Part shown: one piece after another, positions 36,301-47,144 of the stretch
Layout of the letters: every line of letters begins with the position of its first letter
How positions within the stretch are numbered: position 1 is the first letter of the stretch
Assembly: GCA_043228905.1 (NCBI GenBank)
Contig: JBHGNT010000004.1
Span: 3,286,001-3,350,000, forward strand
DNA from: Azolla caroliniana
Lineage: Eukaryota > Plantae > Polypodiophyta
Length of the DNA stretch: 64,000 nt
Reading direction: 5' to 3'
The notes under the pieces: model-generated
Database searches by the model: none
Told to the model about the DNA's origin: nothing
What the model saw: only the letters and a program-made list of their open reading frames with translations
Program-made: the position numbers and the translations under genes

Positions 36301-36801
36301 CAGAAGCCGATCATGCCGATTGAACGGACGATCTCCTCGTGGGCAACGGTCGACTGGAGGGACGAGATGAGCCGGGAGGAGTTGTTGACCGCACGTATAC
36401 GACAGCTCGAGCGGAGACCGGAGGACGTGGCACTGGCTGCGGAGAAGCTCCGGGTGGCGAGGACGAAGAACAAAGCCCGGTTCGACCGAACGCACCGGCT
36501 ACGACCGAAGAAAATCGACGAAGGTGACTGGGTGCTCGTCTACGACAGCAGCCTCGACAACCAGCACCGAGCAACAAGGAAGTTCGCACGGAGATGGTTC
36601 GGGCCGTACACGGTACAGAGCGCCAACGACAACGGGACGTATCATCTGGCGGAACTCGACGGTACGAGAATAGCGATACCCGTGGCCGGGAAGAGGATCA
36701 AAGCTTTCAAGAAGCGGCACGACGACGAACCCGACCCGATTCTCCTGGACAGCAGCGACGACCGATCCGAGGCCGAGGAAGGGCCGGCAGGCGAAGAGTA
36801 A
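33304..36801 (+). CDS. Pol (RT-RNase H-integrase) of element G, -1 frame relative to gag
   Basis: The frame is open from 33304 to 36801. RT (LPQG, PFLDD), RNase H (TVDTS..KRELWG..ETDC), integrase (H..GH..C..C; DLV, DRGE, NGKVER). No chromodomain. Confidence 0.92.
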   Translation, partial: GFLERAAKAWGRDSPDTPGKPHTCTIKPKKPCTIGREFLFSDSGACAMVGIAGREKTKTEARLRACGVLGPDEEINGAVEAVSFDDTLGMLGKVVEEGLNEDRTIPVCSEEMYEVIADFGRGLESVRTAHVNTKYKTVDRKVRPVAAPLPEDSASRIKGVASDPSLRDPACIGHTFTDETLRELKIGGGGFLMPAEEDRFRRMLGRHGKAFAFSPEEIGCVDPTIVEPLVIFTVPHVPWNLKPIPVPRAHIPKLMELLRQKVDMGILEPSSAPYSNRWFTVPKKNGSLRFIQDLQPVNRVTIRNAGIGPTIDEFAEAFAGRSIYSVGDLYSGYDQFQLAVESRDITTMRTPLGLVRMCTLPQGGTNSVAHMVNAMNKVLRDCIPDITMPFLDDIPIKGCPVEERDETIGPDGCRRFVATHIDDCEKVLQRLEDARLTFSGEKSAFGQSEIMVVGHLCGPYGRKPSPAKVEAISAMKPDCSSVTEVRRFLGACAFYHMWIPHYAHVAEPLYGLLKKGRRFEWLDEHAESVRKLKEALAAAPALRKAVYGKGTPVFITVDTSPTGIGWVVNQEDEDGNRFPIRFGAKVLSERQRGYGQVKRELWGIVSAVKADKDYLIGTEVIIETDCLPILGMVSGCVTPDLAMLRWIAYIKSLDPEIRHLSGKDNAMADMLSRARFDDEGGMVSEDEEVGVDFFEAAYITTDGMSTPALNEFDASKYDGEWLQIGGFLKTMTPDASWTKDEANRIRKKAYRFFLRDGHLWKHPKKRDGVPLRVVAMKEVQEELLAAYHDSPWAGHRGTWATFEKLKGKYWWPGLYRDVHRFVSTCESCQMHSIVRHRDGLHPTYPPTIHFKWMVDLVTMPMGVGQMRYLVLAREDLTNQVEGRALQNKTTAAVCRFLVEDVICRYGCVGKIVADRGELDAEEAAELFDRLGVKLSLTTAYNPEANGKVERGHGPIVKALIRACGGRVGNWPQLLPYALWADRTTHSSVTGYMPTKLMFGQKPIMPIERTISSWATVDWRDEMSREELLTARIRQLERRPEDVALAAEKLRVARTKNKARFDRTHRLRPKKIDEGDWVLVYDSSLDNQHRATRKFARRWFGPYTVQSANDNGTYHLAELDGTRIAIPVAGKRIKAFKKRHDDEPDPILLDSSDDRSEAEEGPAGEE

Positions 36802-37728
36802 AGGCGGGCCGGTTTTCTCCGTGCCAACTTAATTTGGCGCATGCCGGTGGATGCGCGGTTAGGTGGGGGCGGATGTCGTGAAGAAAACCGCCCACAAGAG
36901 GAATCGGAGGAACAAGGCGTGGGAAACGGCTCTACACACACACGCGCGCCAAGAAGTACCTAAGGACGAAGTAGGCACATACGAGGATCCTAGGTGGGTA
37001 GATTCGGTTGGTATGCAGTTAATGCCAAACGGCCTCTTGACGGGCTATAAAAGGAAGAGGAAGAAGAGAAGTCGGGGATCTCCCGCGGAGAGGACGAAGT
37101 GCTGCCGAACCGATTTCGGAGCTTCTCTCTCACTCCCGCTCTCTCTGTCTTCTGCTCCATCGCGTACCTGTGCAGGTTTCGAGGAGGCTTGCGCTGTTCC
37201 GTGGAACGCCCCGAGTGCGTCCTGCAGCACCTCCGACCTGTTTCCCCCTTCTGTGCGTCGCGACATACAGGGGTCGGCATCTGTTCGCCGCCCTGTTCGT
37301 TTTCGTTAGTATCTATTTCGTGCCCCACTGTGGGTTGTAATACTTTAGTCTGTTATTTCCTTGCATTCATAAGTACATACCTTTCGTTGTTGCGTCCATC
37401 TGCGTCGGCGTTATTTGTGATCTCTGTTTGTTGGGCCGTGTCCCTGTGTAATCGTCGGTTCTGCGCAATCGGAACTTCGGTTCTGTGTAATCGGGGTCTC
37501 TCTCTCTTACCTCTCTCTCTCTTGCTCTTCGGTTCAAGACCCCCGTGGTCCCTCCTCCTTTCTACACGCAAGGGCGTAGCAACCCCGACAACGCGTAAGA
37601 TATAACAATGAGTACAGAACGGTAATCAATACTGAAAAGATTAAGGCAATAAGTTCTATTAATTATCCGCTGTCGATTACATTGTAATCGGGCCTTTATA
37701 TAGGTCTCCGGTGCGAAGTACAAAATGG

Positions 37729-38605
37729 TGCCAATCGGCACCTTATCGGGATCGGTCCGGATCCGGATCGGCATACCGATTCCGGTCTGTCTGTCCTCAT
37801 CTTCTCATATATTAATATATATTAAGATTACTAATTACAACAGTTCCCGAATAAACTATTCCTTTCACACTTTGGTTTGGACGTCTTTAAGCCTTCTTGC
37901 CAGTTGGGTAACACATGGCACACCCGTGGGACAGTACCTTGTACGTCGAACCCATTATCCGGCCGTTTTACGCTTCGTCCAAAATGTCCAGAATGCTTTG
38001 CTCCAGAATTTCCAATGGCTCGTCAGGAATCTGTTGTTGCTGTTGTGGTTGTTGCTGTTGTGGTTGTTGCTGTTGTGGCTGCTGTTCTGTTTGTGGCTGT
38101 GGCTGCTCCGTTTGTGCCTTCTCCGTTTGGGGTTGCGGCTCCGTTTGTTGCTTTGGCACTGGCGTTTCCTTCATTGCCAATCGGCACCTTATCGGGATCG
38201 GTCCGGATCCGGATCGGCATACCGATTCCGGTCTGTCTGTCCTCATCTTCTCATATATTAATATATATTAAGATTACTAATTACAACAGTTCCCGAATAA
38301 ACTATTCCTTTCACACTTTGGTTTGGACGTCTTTAAGCCTTCTTGCCAGTTGGGTAACACATGGCACACCCGTGGGACAGTACCTTGTACGTCGAACCCA
38401 TTATCCGACCGTTTTACGCTTCGTCCAAAATGTCCAGAATGCTTTGCTCCAAAATTTCCAATGGCTCGTCAGGAATCTGTTGTTGCTGTTATGGTTGTTG
38501 CTGTTGTGGCTGCTGTTCTGTTTGTGGCTGTGGCTGCTCCGTTTGTGCCTTCTCCGTTTGGGGTTGCGGCTCCGTTTGTTGCTTTGGCACTGGAGTTTCC
38601 TTCAT
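37729..38605. repeat. Tandem duplication (~446/431 bp) covering the LTR edge, tRNA-like site and Gln-rich end of the extra ORF
   Basis: tgccaatcggcacc starts at 37729 and 38175. The copies are near-identical apart from 15 bp in the (ttg/ctg)n tract. Confidence 0.92.
37916..37932 (+). promoter_or_regulatory. tRNA-Arg-like primer-binding site at the position where element D should have its PPT (duplicated at 38362-38378)
   Basis: TGGCACACCCGTGGGAC lies 2 nt from the LTR edge. On the element sense strand it reads GTCCCACGGGTGTGCCA, a CCA-ending tRNA 3' end. Confidence 0.65.
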
Positions 38606-39100
38606 TGGTTCCTCTGTTAGAGTTGTCTTTGGCTGACTGACCCCGGCCTGGTCCCCGTCTGGTCCTTGTTCCGGCGACGGTTCCTCATCACTAAGGTTGA
38701 CCGTTGCCGCCTTTCTCGCTTTTTCTTCCCAAAGTCGGGACCGCTCATAACTCTCAAACTGGATTTGAGCCTCCAACCGATCGTCGTCCAGTTGAGCTAC
38801 GAGCTGCCAGACCTGCACCAATTGTTCATCCGCCAGGGCTATGAAATCTTCGGCCAACTCATCCCTTATGGCGGTGAAGTCCTCTGGTGTCAGCGTATAA
38901 CAGTCGTCACCCTCCTTCCGCCGGTTTTCCACGTTCGCCCTGAGCAATTGGAGTTCCGCTGTATTCTGCGCCCATTTCGTCCACCATCGCACAGAGCTGT
39001 CGTCAAACAAAGCTTTTGGTCTTAGTGAGCCATGACCGGAGGATGCACTGGATCCGTTCGGCTCCCATCCGTGATTTATTTTCGGCGGCTTGTCGCTCCT

Positions 39101-40002
39101 CTTTCAATTGCTTGATGATTCAGACTGTGTTCGCCTCCTGCTCCCTATAATGCGACAATTGACTTTGATAGGTTGTTTGCAACCTCTGTAACACCATTGT
39201 CGCCCTTTCTTTTTCTTCATGGTTCTGCTTGTGGAGCTCCATCCGGTCCATCGCGGCTTCCTCTAATAGCTTGGAACTCTCAGCTCGTTCTTCAGCGAGT
39301 GCCACTGTGGCCCTATCAAATTCTTGCCGGAGCTCGGCCATTTGTTCCTGCTGTTGCGTATACTCCATTTCCAGCTGCTTGTAGTCCCAGTGTAGATGAT
39401 CAAAATCATCGGTCTTCTGCTTCAGCCTCTGGTTGATCTGTCGGCGCGCGCGGTCCTCCCGGTCCTTCTGTTGACGGAGTTCCTCCTTCAGCCTCTCGAT
39501 TTCCGTCTCCGCCATCCATCGCAACTTGTCTTTTTCGTGCAACAATTTCTCCTTTCAATTGCTTGATGATTCGGACCGTGTCCGCCTCTTGATCCCTATA
39601 ATGCGACAATTGACTTTGATAGGTTGGTTGCAACCTCTGTAACACCATTGTCGCCCTTTCTTTTTCTTCATGGTTCTGCTTGTGGAGCTCCATCCGGTCC
39701 ATCGCGACTTCCTCCAATAGCTTGGAACTCTCAGCTCGTTCTTCGGCGAGTGCCACTGTGGCCCTATCAACTTCTTGCCGGAGCTCAGCCATCCGTTCCT
39801 GCTGTTGTGTATACTCCGTCTCCAACTGCTTGTAGTCCCGGTGTAGATGATCAAAATAATCGGTCTTCTGCTTCAGCCTCTGGTTGATCTGTTGGCGCGC
39901 GCGGTCCTCCCGGTCCTTCTGTTGACGGAGTTCCTCCTTTAGCCTCTCGATTTCCGTCTCCGCCATCCAGTGCAGCTTGTCTTTTTCCTGCAACAATTTC
40001 TC
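39101..40002. repeat. 451-bp tandem duplication within the coiled-coil ORF
   Basis: ctttcaattgcttgatgatt at 39101 and 39552. The peptide WMAETEIERLKEELRQQKDREDRAR is duplicated. Confidence 0.9.
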
Positions 40003-41367
40003 CTTTTCCTCCTTTAGTCGGTCGTAAGCATGATGTCCTTTACGCAGGTTTTCCTCTGCCCGGCGGAGGTTCTCAACAGTCTTCTTTAATTCTTCTTCGG
40101 CCACCTTCTTCAAGTCGCGTTCGCGGCTCCGTAATGCTTCTTGTGCGGCAAGTTCATCTCGTAATTCCGCAAGCTCTTGGGCTTGCGCCGCATCTTTCTC
40201 TGGGACAGTTTTTGTCTCCGGGGTCTTATTCATGTGTACATCAACCGGAGTCACCGATGCTTGGATTTGCGTTGTAGTTAAGGCCATTTTGGCCATGTCT
40301 CCTGTGATCCGATCCAAGTCTTGTTCGAGGCACCGGATCCTTGACCGGGCCGTCTCCAGTTCATCGGTTGTGACGAGCAATCGTTCCGTTTGCGCTCTTT
40401 CTTCCGCCTCTATGCATCCGACTACTCCGGCAATTTGTTCTCCTATCCACCGGAGCCATTGGCTGCTGGTGCACTGTTGTTGCGTCTACATGGAGGGTTG
40501 GCTGATGGGTTCACTTGCCGGTGGCTTGTCCCGCCTTATTGCATCGAGCTGCTCTTCTGGTTCCGCATGCTGACCACTTTGTCGTTCTGGCTCTGGGTGT
40601 GTTTCGGCTAGCCGCCCCTTGTCTGCTTGTTCCTGGTCGGCTAAGGAGTTTGGCCTTTGTATAACTGGCTCTCGAGTGACGGGACTTGCCGGTGCTACCT
40701 GTTGTGCAGGGACTTCTGTGACCGGTTCCATCTGAACCGGTTCCGGTGCCTCCCTTGGCGTGGGATGCTCAGTGTGAGTTGCGGGCGTTCCATCCTTCTG
40801 TGGGTCCGAATGCTTCCCGGCTGATTCAACGGTGCTCTTCACCAGCCGCCGTTGGAGGTGGTCCGTGGGTTCTTCCTCCATCTCCTCCGCCTGAGTCCCG
40901 ACATTCATTCTTGCCGCCAGGGTGTCCGTTTCTTGCTGCACCGGTCGGTGGAGTGGGCTCTTCAGGGCCCGTGCTAGTGTCTCCTCGTGTGTGTTCGTCG
41001 ACCGCTTCCGGTTGGCGCGCTCCTTTGCCGCCTTCTCTGCGTCGGTCGTCTTCCCCTTAATGGCCTTGGAGGCCATTAACTATTGCCGTTTCGAAGCAGG
41101 TTTCGGGGTGCCGTTCGTTGCTCTCCCCCGCTTCTTGGTTTGGACGGGCTCAACAGGTGGCGCCAATAGGGTTCAAGCCATTGTGTCACCGCATGCCATA
41201 TTTTCTGGCCTTCCTTGTCGTCCTTACTCTGACGATATCAATAGCTGTACACAACCTGTCGGCGATCCCAATCCACCTTGACCCCTTCGTACTTCGTGAT
41301 AATCAAGCTTGCTCGGTTCTGAGGCATAACAGGGGGTTGAGGGTATACGTGGCCGAACTCATGGAGC

Positions 41368-44300
41368 ACGTGCGGAAGCAAGTATGAAGACCGAACAGAG
41401 GGAAGAAAACTCAGGTTTAATGGAGAGCTTGAGCTCACGCAGTATACGCAGGAGAGACAGAGAGAGTGAGAGAGGAAAACACAAGAGGTATATTTAAAAA
41501 ATACACAATCTCTATTGACCACACTCTATACATATGTGTGTTCAATGAACACTTTTATACAAGTCCTAGAAGGACTGACCGAAGTACTGACAGTACTTCA
41601 ATGCTCATTAAGAGCTCCTACACTAACTCCCAAATATATTCCTCACGGAATATCTTTCCTAATGGCCTCCCGGTTTACGCACCGATCCAGCCCTACCTAC
41701 GCACTGGTCTGTGTACCGGTTTACGCATTCGGCCTAACTGATTGGTCCCAACTGATCCGGTCCTCGGCTTCTTCAGCCGATCCGGCCGATGTTGAGCTTG
41801 TCTCTCAACACTCCCCCTCAAGCTCAACTTGAGGCTCTTCGGGATCTTTGGGCTCACAGCTCCGGTTCCTCCTGGTTTCACGCCTCGCTCGCGCTCCACG
41901 ACCTGTTCGACTCCGCGCGCTTCGACCCTTCCGGTCGGCTTGTCTGCTCATGTGGCCCTTATCAGCTCTTCTGCTGTTGCGGTGTTGACGCTTCTCTTGC
42001 TGCCTTTTCTTCCGCTTGGGCCTCGGTTGATTCAGCGTATCTGAATCAAACATTCGAACCGACTCGGCTACCTCTGATCGGTTTTCGCTCTTGTCTGAAT
42101 TGGCTGTCTCCAACTTGTCTTCGGTCTTCTTTCCCTCGATGGTGTCATCTTCCCCATGCGTGGTTGGCTTCGGCTCTCTCCTTCGGCTGCTCCCCTTCTG
42201 TCGGGTTCCGGACTTTTCCGCGGGTCCGCCCTCGGCTTCTTCAGCCGAACCAAAGTCGAACTCGACAACCGAGTCAACCAACTCGGTGTCGCGGTATCCA
42301 CTCCTTTCATGCTGCCTTGCTTGGTCGTTCGGGACTGTTCTCCCCCTCAAGTTTGGCACGTCGAGGTGACGCAATTCGAGTGCACCTGAGAATTGCCGCA
42401 ACTTGTCCAGACCAAGAGGCTTGGTGAAGATGTTGGCAGTCTGTCGATCCGTCGGAACGTACTGAAGTTCGACTTCACCGTAAAAGACACGCTCACAGAC
42501 GAAATGGTAGTGCACCTCAATGTGTTTGGTCCGTGCGTGGAAAACAAGGTTTTTCGAGAGCTGGATGCTGTTGAGGTTGTCGCAGTAGATCGTCGTCGGA
42601 TCTGACACCTCCTCTTGCAGGTCCCTAAGCAGCCGTTTCAACCATATGGTTTTGCATGTCGCGACAGCCGCTCCTCGGTACTCAGCTTCGGTGCTCGATA
42701 GTGCAACTGTCGGCTGCTTCTTACTGCTCCACGCCATCGCGGCACTCCCGAGGGAGAACGCGTATCCGGACGTGGATCGGCGATCGGCAGCGTTGCCAGC
42801 CCAATCAGCATTGGTGTAGCCGACTAACTGCGCGGCTGCACCGGTCCGATATAGCAGTCCCCGGTCCTTAGTGCCGTTGACATATCGAAGTATGCGTTGC
42901 GTAGACTGGAGGTGCTCCTCGGTAGGTCGCGCCATGAACTGACTGATCACTCCAACCGGATAACTGAGGTCGGGTCGGGTGATGGTCAAGTATATGAGGC
43001 TTCCGACAATTTGTCGGAACCTCGTCGGGTCGCATACCTTTCCCGTATCGGGACGAAGCTTGACGGTTCTATCCAGAGGAGTCGAGACGGACTTACAGTC
43101 GGCCATCCCGAATTTGAAGAGCATACTCAACACGTAATGACGTTGGCTGATCAATATGCCTTCGGGGGTACGGATCACTTCGATCCCGAGGAAGTAATGA
43201 AGGTCCCCCAGATCCTTCATGTCGAACGATGCCGCAAGCTGGAGCTTCACGCGGTCGATTTCACCTAGGTCGGCGCCGGTGATGACCAAGTCATCAACAT
43301 ATAGTAAAATACTGACCGGTCCGAGTCGACCTTTCCGGATGAGCAGGGAAGAGTCCGATTTTGATGTGACGAAGCCCATCCGACGCAGTTGTTGCGTGAT
43401 CTTCGCGTTCCAGGCACGCAGGGCTTGCTTCAGTCCATAAAGGGACTTCTTCAGTCGGCATACTGCCGAGGAGTTCGTTCCAGAGTGAAATCCGGGGGGC
43501 TGTACCATGTACACCTGTTCCTCAAGGTCACCTTGCAGGAACGCATTCTTTACATCCATTTGATGTAAGTGCCACCCCTTCACCGCAGCTACTGCAAGCA
43601 AAACACGGACGATCGTCATTTTCACAACTAGCGCAAACGTCTCATCGTAGTCGATGTCGTGTTTCTACGCGTAGCCCTTTGCCACTAGCCGAGCCTTGTA
43701 CCGGTTGACCGAGCCATTGGTGTTGTACTTGACCTTGTACACCCACCTACACCCGATCGGTTTTGCCCCTGTTGGTGCGTCAACCAAGTCCTAGGTCTCG
43801 TTCTCCGCCAATGCGTGCATCTCTTCCTCCATCGCGGCACGCCAATTCGCGTCTTTAGCCGCTTCTGCGTAGCTCTCCGGCTCACACACTTCCGCTACAC
43901 GGGTCATGTACACATAATGATGCGCCATGTACTCGTTGTATCCGAACCGCAAAACAGGATTCTTCTGGCGGGTAGATCGACGTAATCTCACATTAGCCGA
44001 TGTCGGGGCCTTCTCGGTCGATGCGAACTTCACCTTTAAAGACCCGTCACCGGTTCCCTCGGAGTCGGACTCGCGTCGGTCTGACTCGTCCCTATCCGTG
44101 CCGGAATCCGACACCTTCTTCTTCCCTTTCTCTTTGCGTGTAAGCCGTCTCCTCGACTTCTTGCGCGGGGAATGCACGGCCATGTCTCCACTACTCGCTG
44201 ACTCTTCATCGGACTGATCGTACCGACTCAGTCGTCCAATCGGTCCACTTAAACGGAGTGAAATCGGACTCTCTTCGCGGGTCTCGATTTCGGGTTCATC

Positions 44301-47144
44301 CGGAGGCATCTCGGCCTCGCTGATCTCATCGTCAGAACTCGGATTGGAGTCGGGGTTCGAAGTCGGGGGCTGGTACCAGGACGCGGACTCATCAAACACA
44401 ACGTCACGGCTAACACGCGCTTGTTTGGTGCGAGGGTTATAACACTTATAACCCTTCTGCTCGTCCGAGTAACCGACCAAGATGCATTTCTCGGCCTTTG
44501 CATCCAACTTCCTCCTTTTCTCCTTCGGTACATGCACATACGCAATGCTACCGAACACCCTCAAGTGTCGCAAGTTCAGCTTCGTTCCGAAATATAGCTC
44601 GTGCGCCGACACTTTGTCTCCGATCCGGTTCTGGATGTATACCGCGGTCCTTACCGCCTCAGCCCAGTAGAACTTGGGCAAGCTCTTCTCCTCCAGCATT
44701 GCTCGTGCCGCTTCCACAACTGACCGATTCTTCCTCTCGGCCACGCCGTTATGCTCCGGCGTGTATCTACAACTAAATTCGCGTCGAATTCCCATTTGTT
44801 GTAGGTAAACATTGAGTTGAACAGAAAAGTACTCTTTCCCGCCATACGATCGCAGGCACTTGATCTTTCGTCCTGTTTCCATTTCCACGAACCCTTTGAG
44901 GTCCCGGAAACAATCGAAGACTTCGCTCTTCCTCTCAATGAGGTAGATCCACGTGTGCCGCGTGTGGTCGTCGATGAAGGAGACGAAATATCGGCTCCCG
45001 CCAAGACTAACGTTTTGTGTCGGCCCCATACATCGGTGTGTATAAGGTCGAGCTTGTTCCGGCTCCAGTTTCGCTCGTTGGGGAAAGGAAGTCAGTGTTG
45101 CTTCCCGAGTTGGCAGGCTTCACAAATTTGTGCCTTTCGGCCACTAAATTTGGGCAATCCGAACACTACCTGTTTCGATTGCAGATCTTGAAGCTGCTGG
45201 TAGTTGACGAGGCCTATCCGCTTGTGCCACAAGTCAATGTCCGACTCGGATTTTTGTCCCTTCGCGAACATTGCGGTGCCGCCGTCAGTGGAATCGAGGA
45301 TGAACATCCTCCCGTCTCTGCGCCCTTGCGCAATCACACGACCTTCTTCCTCAATGAAGCACCTGAGGTGTGTAAACCGAACCTCCATCCCTTGGTCGAC
45401 GATCTGTCCGACCGAGACCAAGTTCTTCGTGATTGTCGGAACATGCGGCACGTTCATGAGTTTCCCTTTCTGCCCGACATGGCTAAGGGGAACTTCTCCG
45501 ACATTCGCGATCAGATGCGGAGTGTCGTCTCCAATTGTGACTACTCCAGGTTGTATCGGTTTTTCAAGGCTCGTCATGTGGTTTGATGCGCCGGAGTCTA
45601 CGTACCACACCTCGTCCGATATCGGGGTGGTCTGTTTCATTGAGTTTGCTTCGTGTCTCGTCACGAAGGCAGACCCTTCTCCGGCTCTCCCGGAGTCTTC
45701 GGCGTAGTGCGATCGCTACCGATTTCCCTTGTTGGTATGTCCAGAGCCATTTCCGGAACCGGTTCTCTCCGAATCGGTGCGCTTCTTCCAGCACTCACTT
45801 TCCCTGTGGCCTTTCTTGCCAAAGTACCAGCACTCCGCGATGACCTTCCCTTGCCAGTTCTCATCGCTTCGACTCCCCCTATTTCCGGAGGGTCCGGAGT
45901 TGCTATCGGCATCACTTCGGTGCCTTCTTCCATGATCTCGTCGGCCACCTCCATTGCGCGCTGACTTGCATCGTCCTCCACGTCCATGGGGCCTATCTCC
46001 CTTCGTGTACAACATTCTGTTGTCGGTGTGCATGCTTGTAGACACACCCGCGTGGTTCTCCTCTATTAGGAGCATTGACTGTAAGTCGAAAAAGGACGGC
46101 GTATTCTCCCAGGTACACATAGCCGTTTAGAACGCTCCGAACTTCGACGCCAAACCTCCGAGACAGATCTGGACCATCTCGCTCTCCTCGATGTTCACCT
46201 CTATGGAGGCGAGGGAGTCGCAAATATCCTTGATCTTCGAGGTATAGTCCGCCACCGACAAGTCGTGTTGTCGTAGGTTGCTCAACTCCTGTCGGAGCTG
46301 AAGCTTCCTGGCTGTGGTGCTCGCGGCGAAAATCTTCTTCAGATTTTCCCACGCACCCTTCGGCGTCTTTGCATCCCGAACATAGCTCAATAGCTGTTCG
46401 CCCACACACGACGCGAAGCAGTATAATACCCTGCTCGCCGATTGCTCCCACGACGGGAAGTCTCTGTGTGTCAATTTGGGTGCCGCGTCATTAGCTCCTT
46501 CAACATAACTCCAATAGCCGTGCCCGAGCAGGTACTGGTGCATCTTGTAGGACCAAGACGCGTAGTTGGTTCTGTCAAGCTTCTCTATTGGAAGTGAGCT
46601 CGCCATGCCTCTATCCATCGTTCTTCTTGTTCTTCTTCGTCAAGCTTTGTCGGCTGCAGAGAGGTTCTCAACCCTCGCGCTCTGATACCATGTAAAAAGT
46701 AACGTGCAGAAGCAAGTATGAAGACCGAACAGAAGGAAGAAAACTTAGGTTTAATGGAGAGCTTGAGCTCACGCAGTATACGCGGGAGAGACAGAGAGAG
46801 TGAGAGAGGAAAACACAAGAGGTATATTCAAAAAATACACAATCTCTATTCACCACACTCTATACATATGTGTGTTCAATGAACACTTTTATACAAGTCC
46901 TAGAAGGATTGGCCGAAGTACTGACAGTACTTCAATGCTCATTAAGAGCTCCTACACTAACTCCCAAATATATTCCTCACGGAATATCTTTCCTAACGGC
47001 CTCCCGGTTTACGCACCGATCCGGCCCTACCTACGCACCGGTCTGCGTACCGGTTTACGCATTCGGCCTAACCGATCGGTCCCAACTGATCCGGTCCTCG
47101 GCTTCTTCAGCCGATCCGGCCTATGTTGAGCTTGTCTCTCAACA
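41368..47144 (-). mobile_element. Degenerate Ty1/copia element E nested in D
   Basis: LTRs 46691-47144 (5') and 41368-41810 (3', outer ~11 bp deleted), about 15 mismatches. PBS TGGTATCAGAGC ends at 46679 and PPT agggggag lies at 41811-41818. gag 46127-46618, protease WYVDSGAS, integrase 43791-45029, RT/RH 41805-43625. Confidence 0.93.

Larger units (their letters stand above)
30426..37590 (+). mobile_element. Intact, very young tRNA-Trp-primed Ty3/gypsy (element G)
   Basis: 717-bp LTRs 30426-31142 and 36874-37590 with one visible mismatch. 4-bp TSD ACGC at 30422-30425 and 37591-37594. PBS TGGTGAACCCGACGTGA at 31147-31163. G-rich PPT-like site at 36855-36873. Confidence 0.97.

Noticed and set aside
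37916-37932. A tRNA gene at the CCA-ending site
   Set aside because: Only ~17 nt of a tRNA 3' end including CCA, with no cloverleaf or A/B boxes. Treated as a primer-type site.
37725-38640. Plus-strand Leu-, Val- and Cys-rich ORFs as membrane or metallothionein-like proteins
   Set aside because: They are antisense readings of the Gln/Pro-rich tail of the extra ORF plus LTR sequence inside a tandem duplication.
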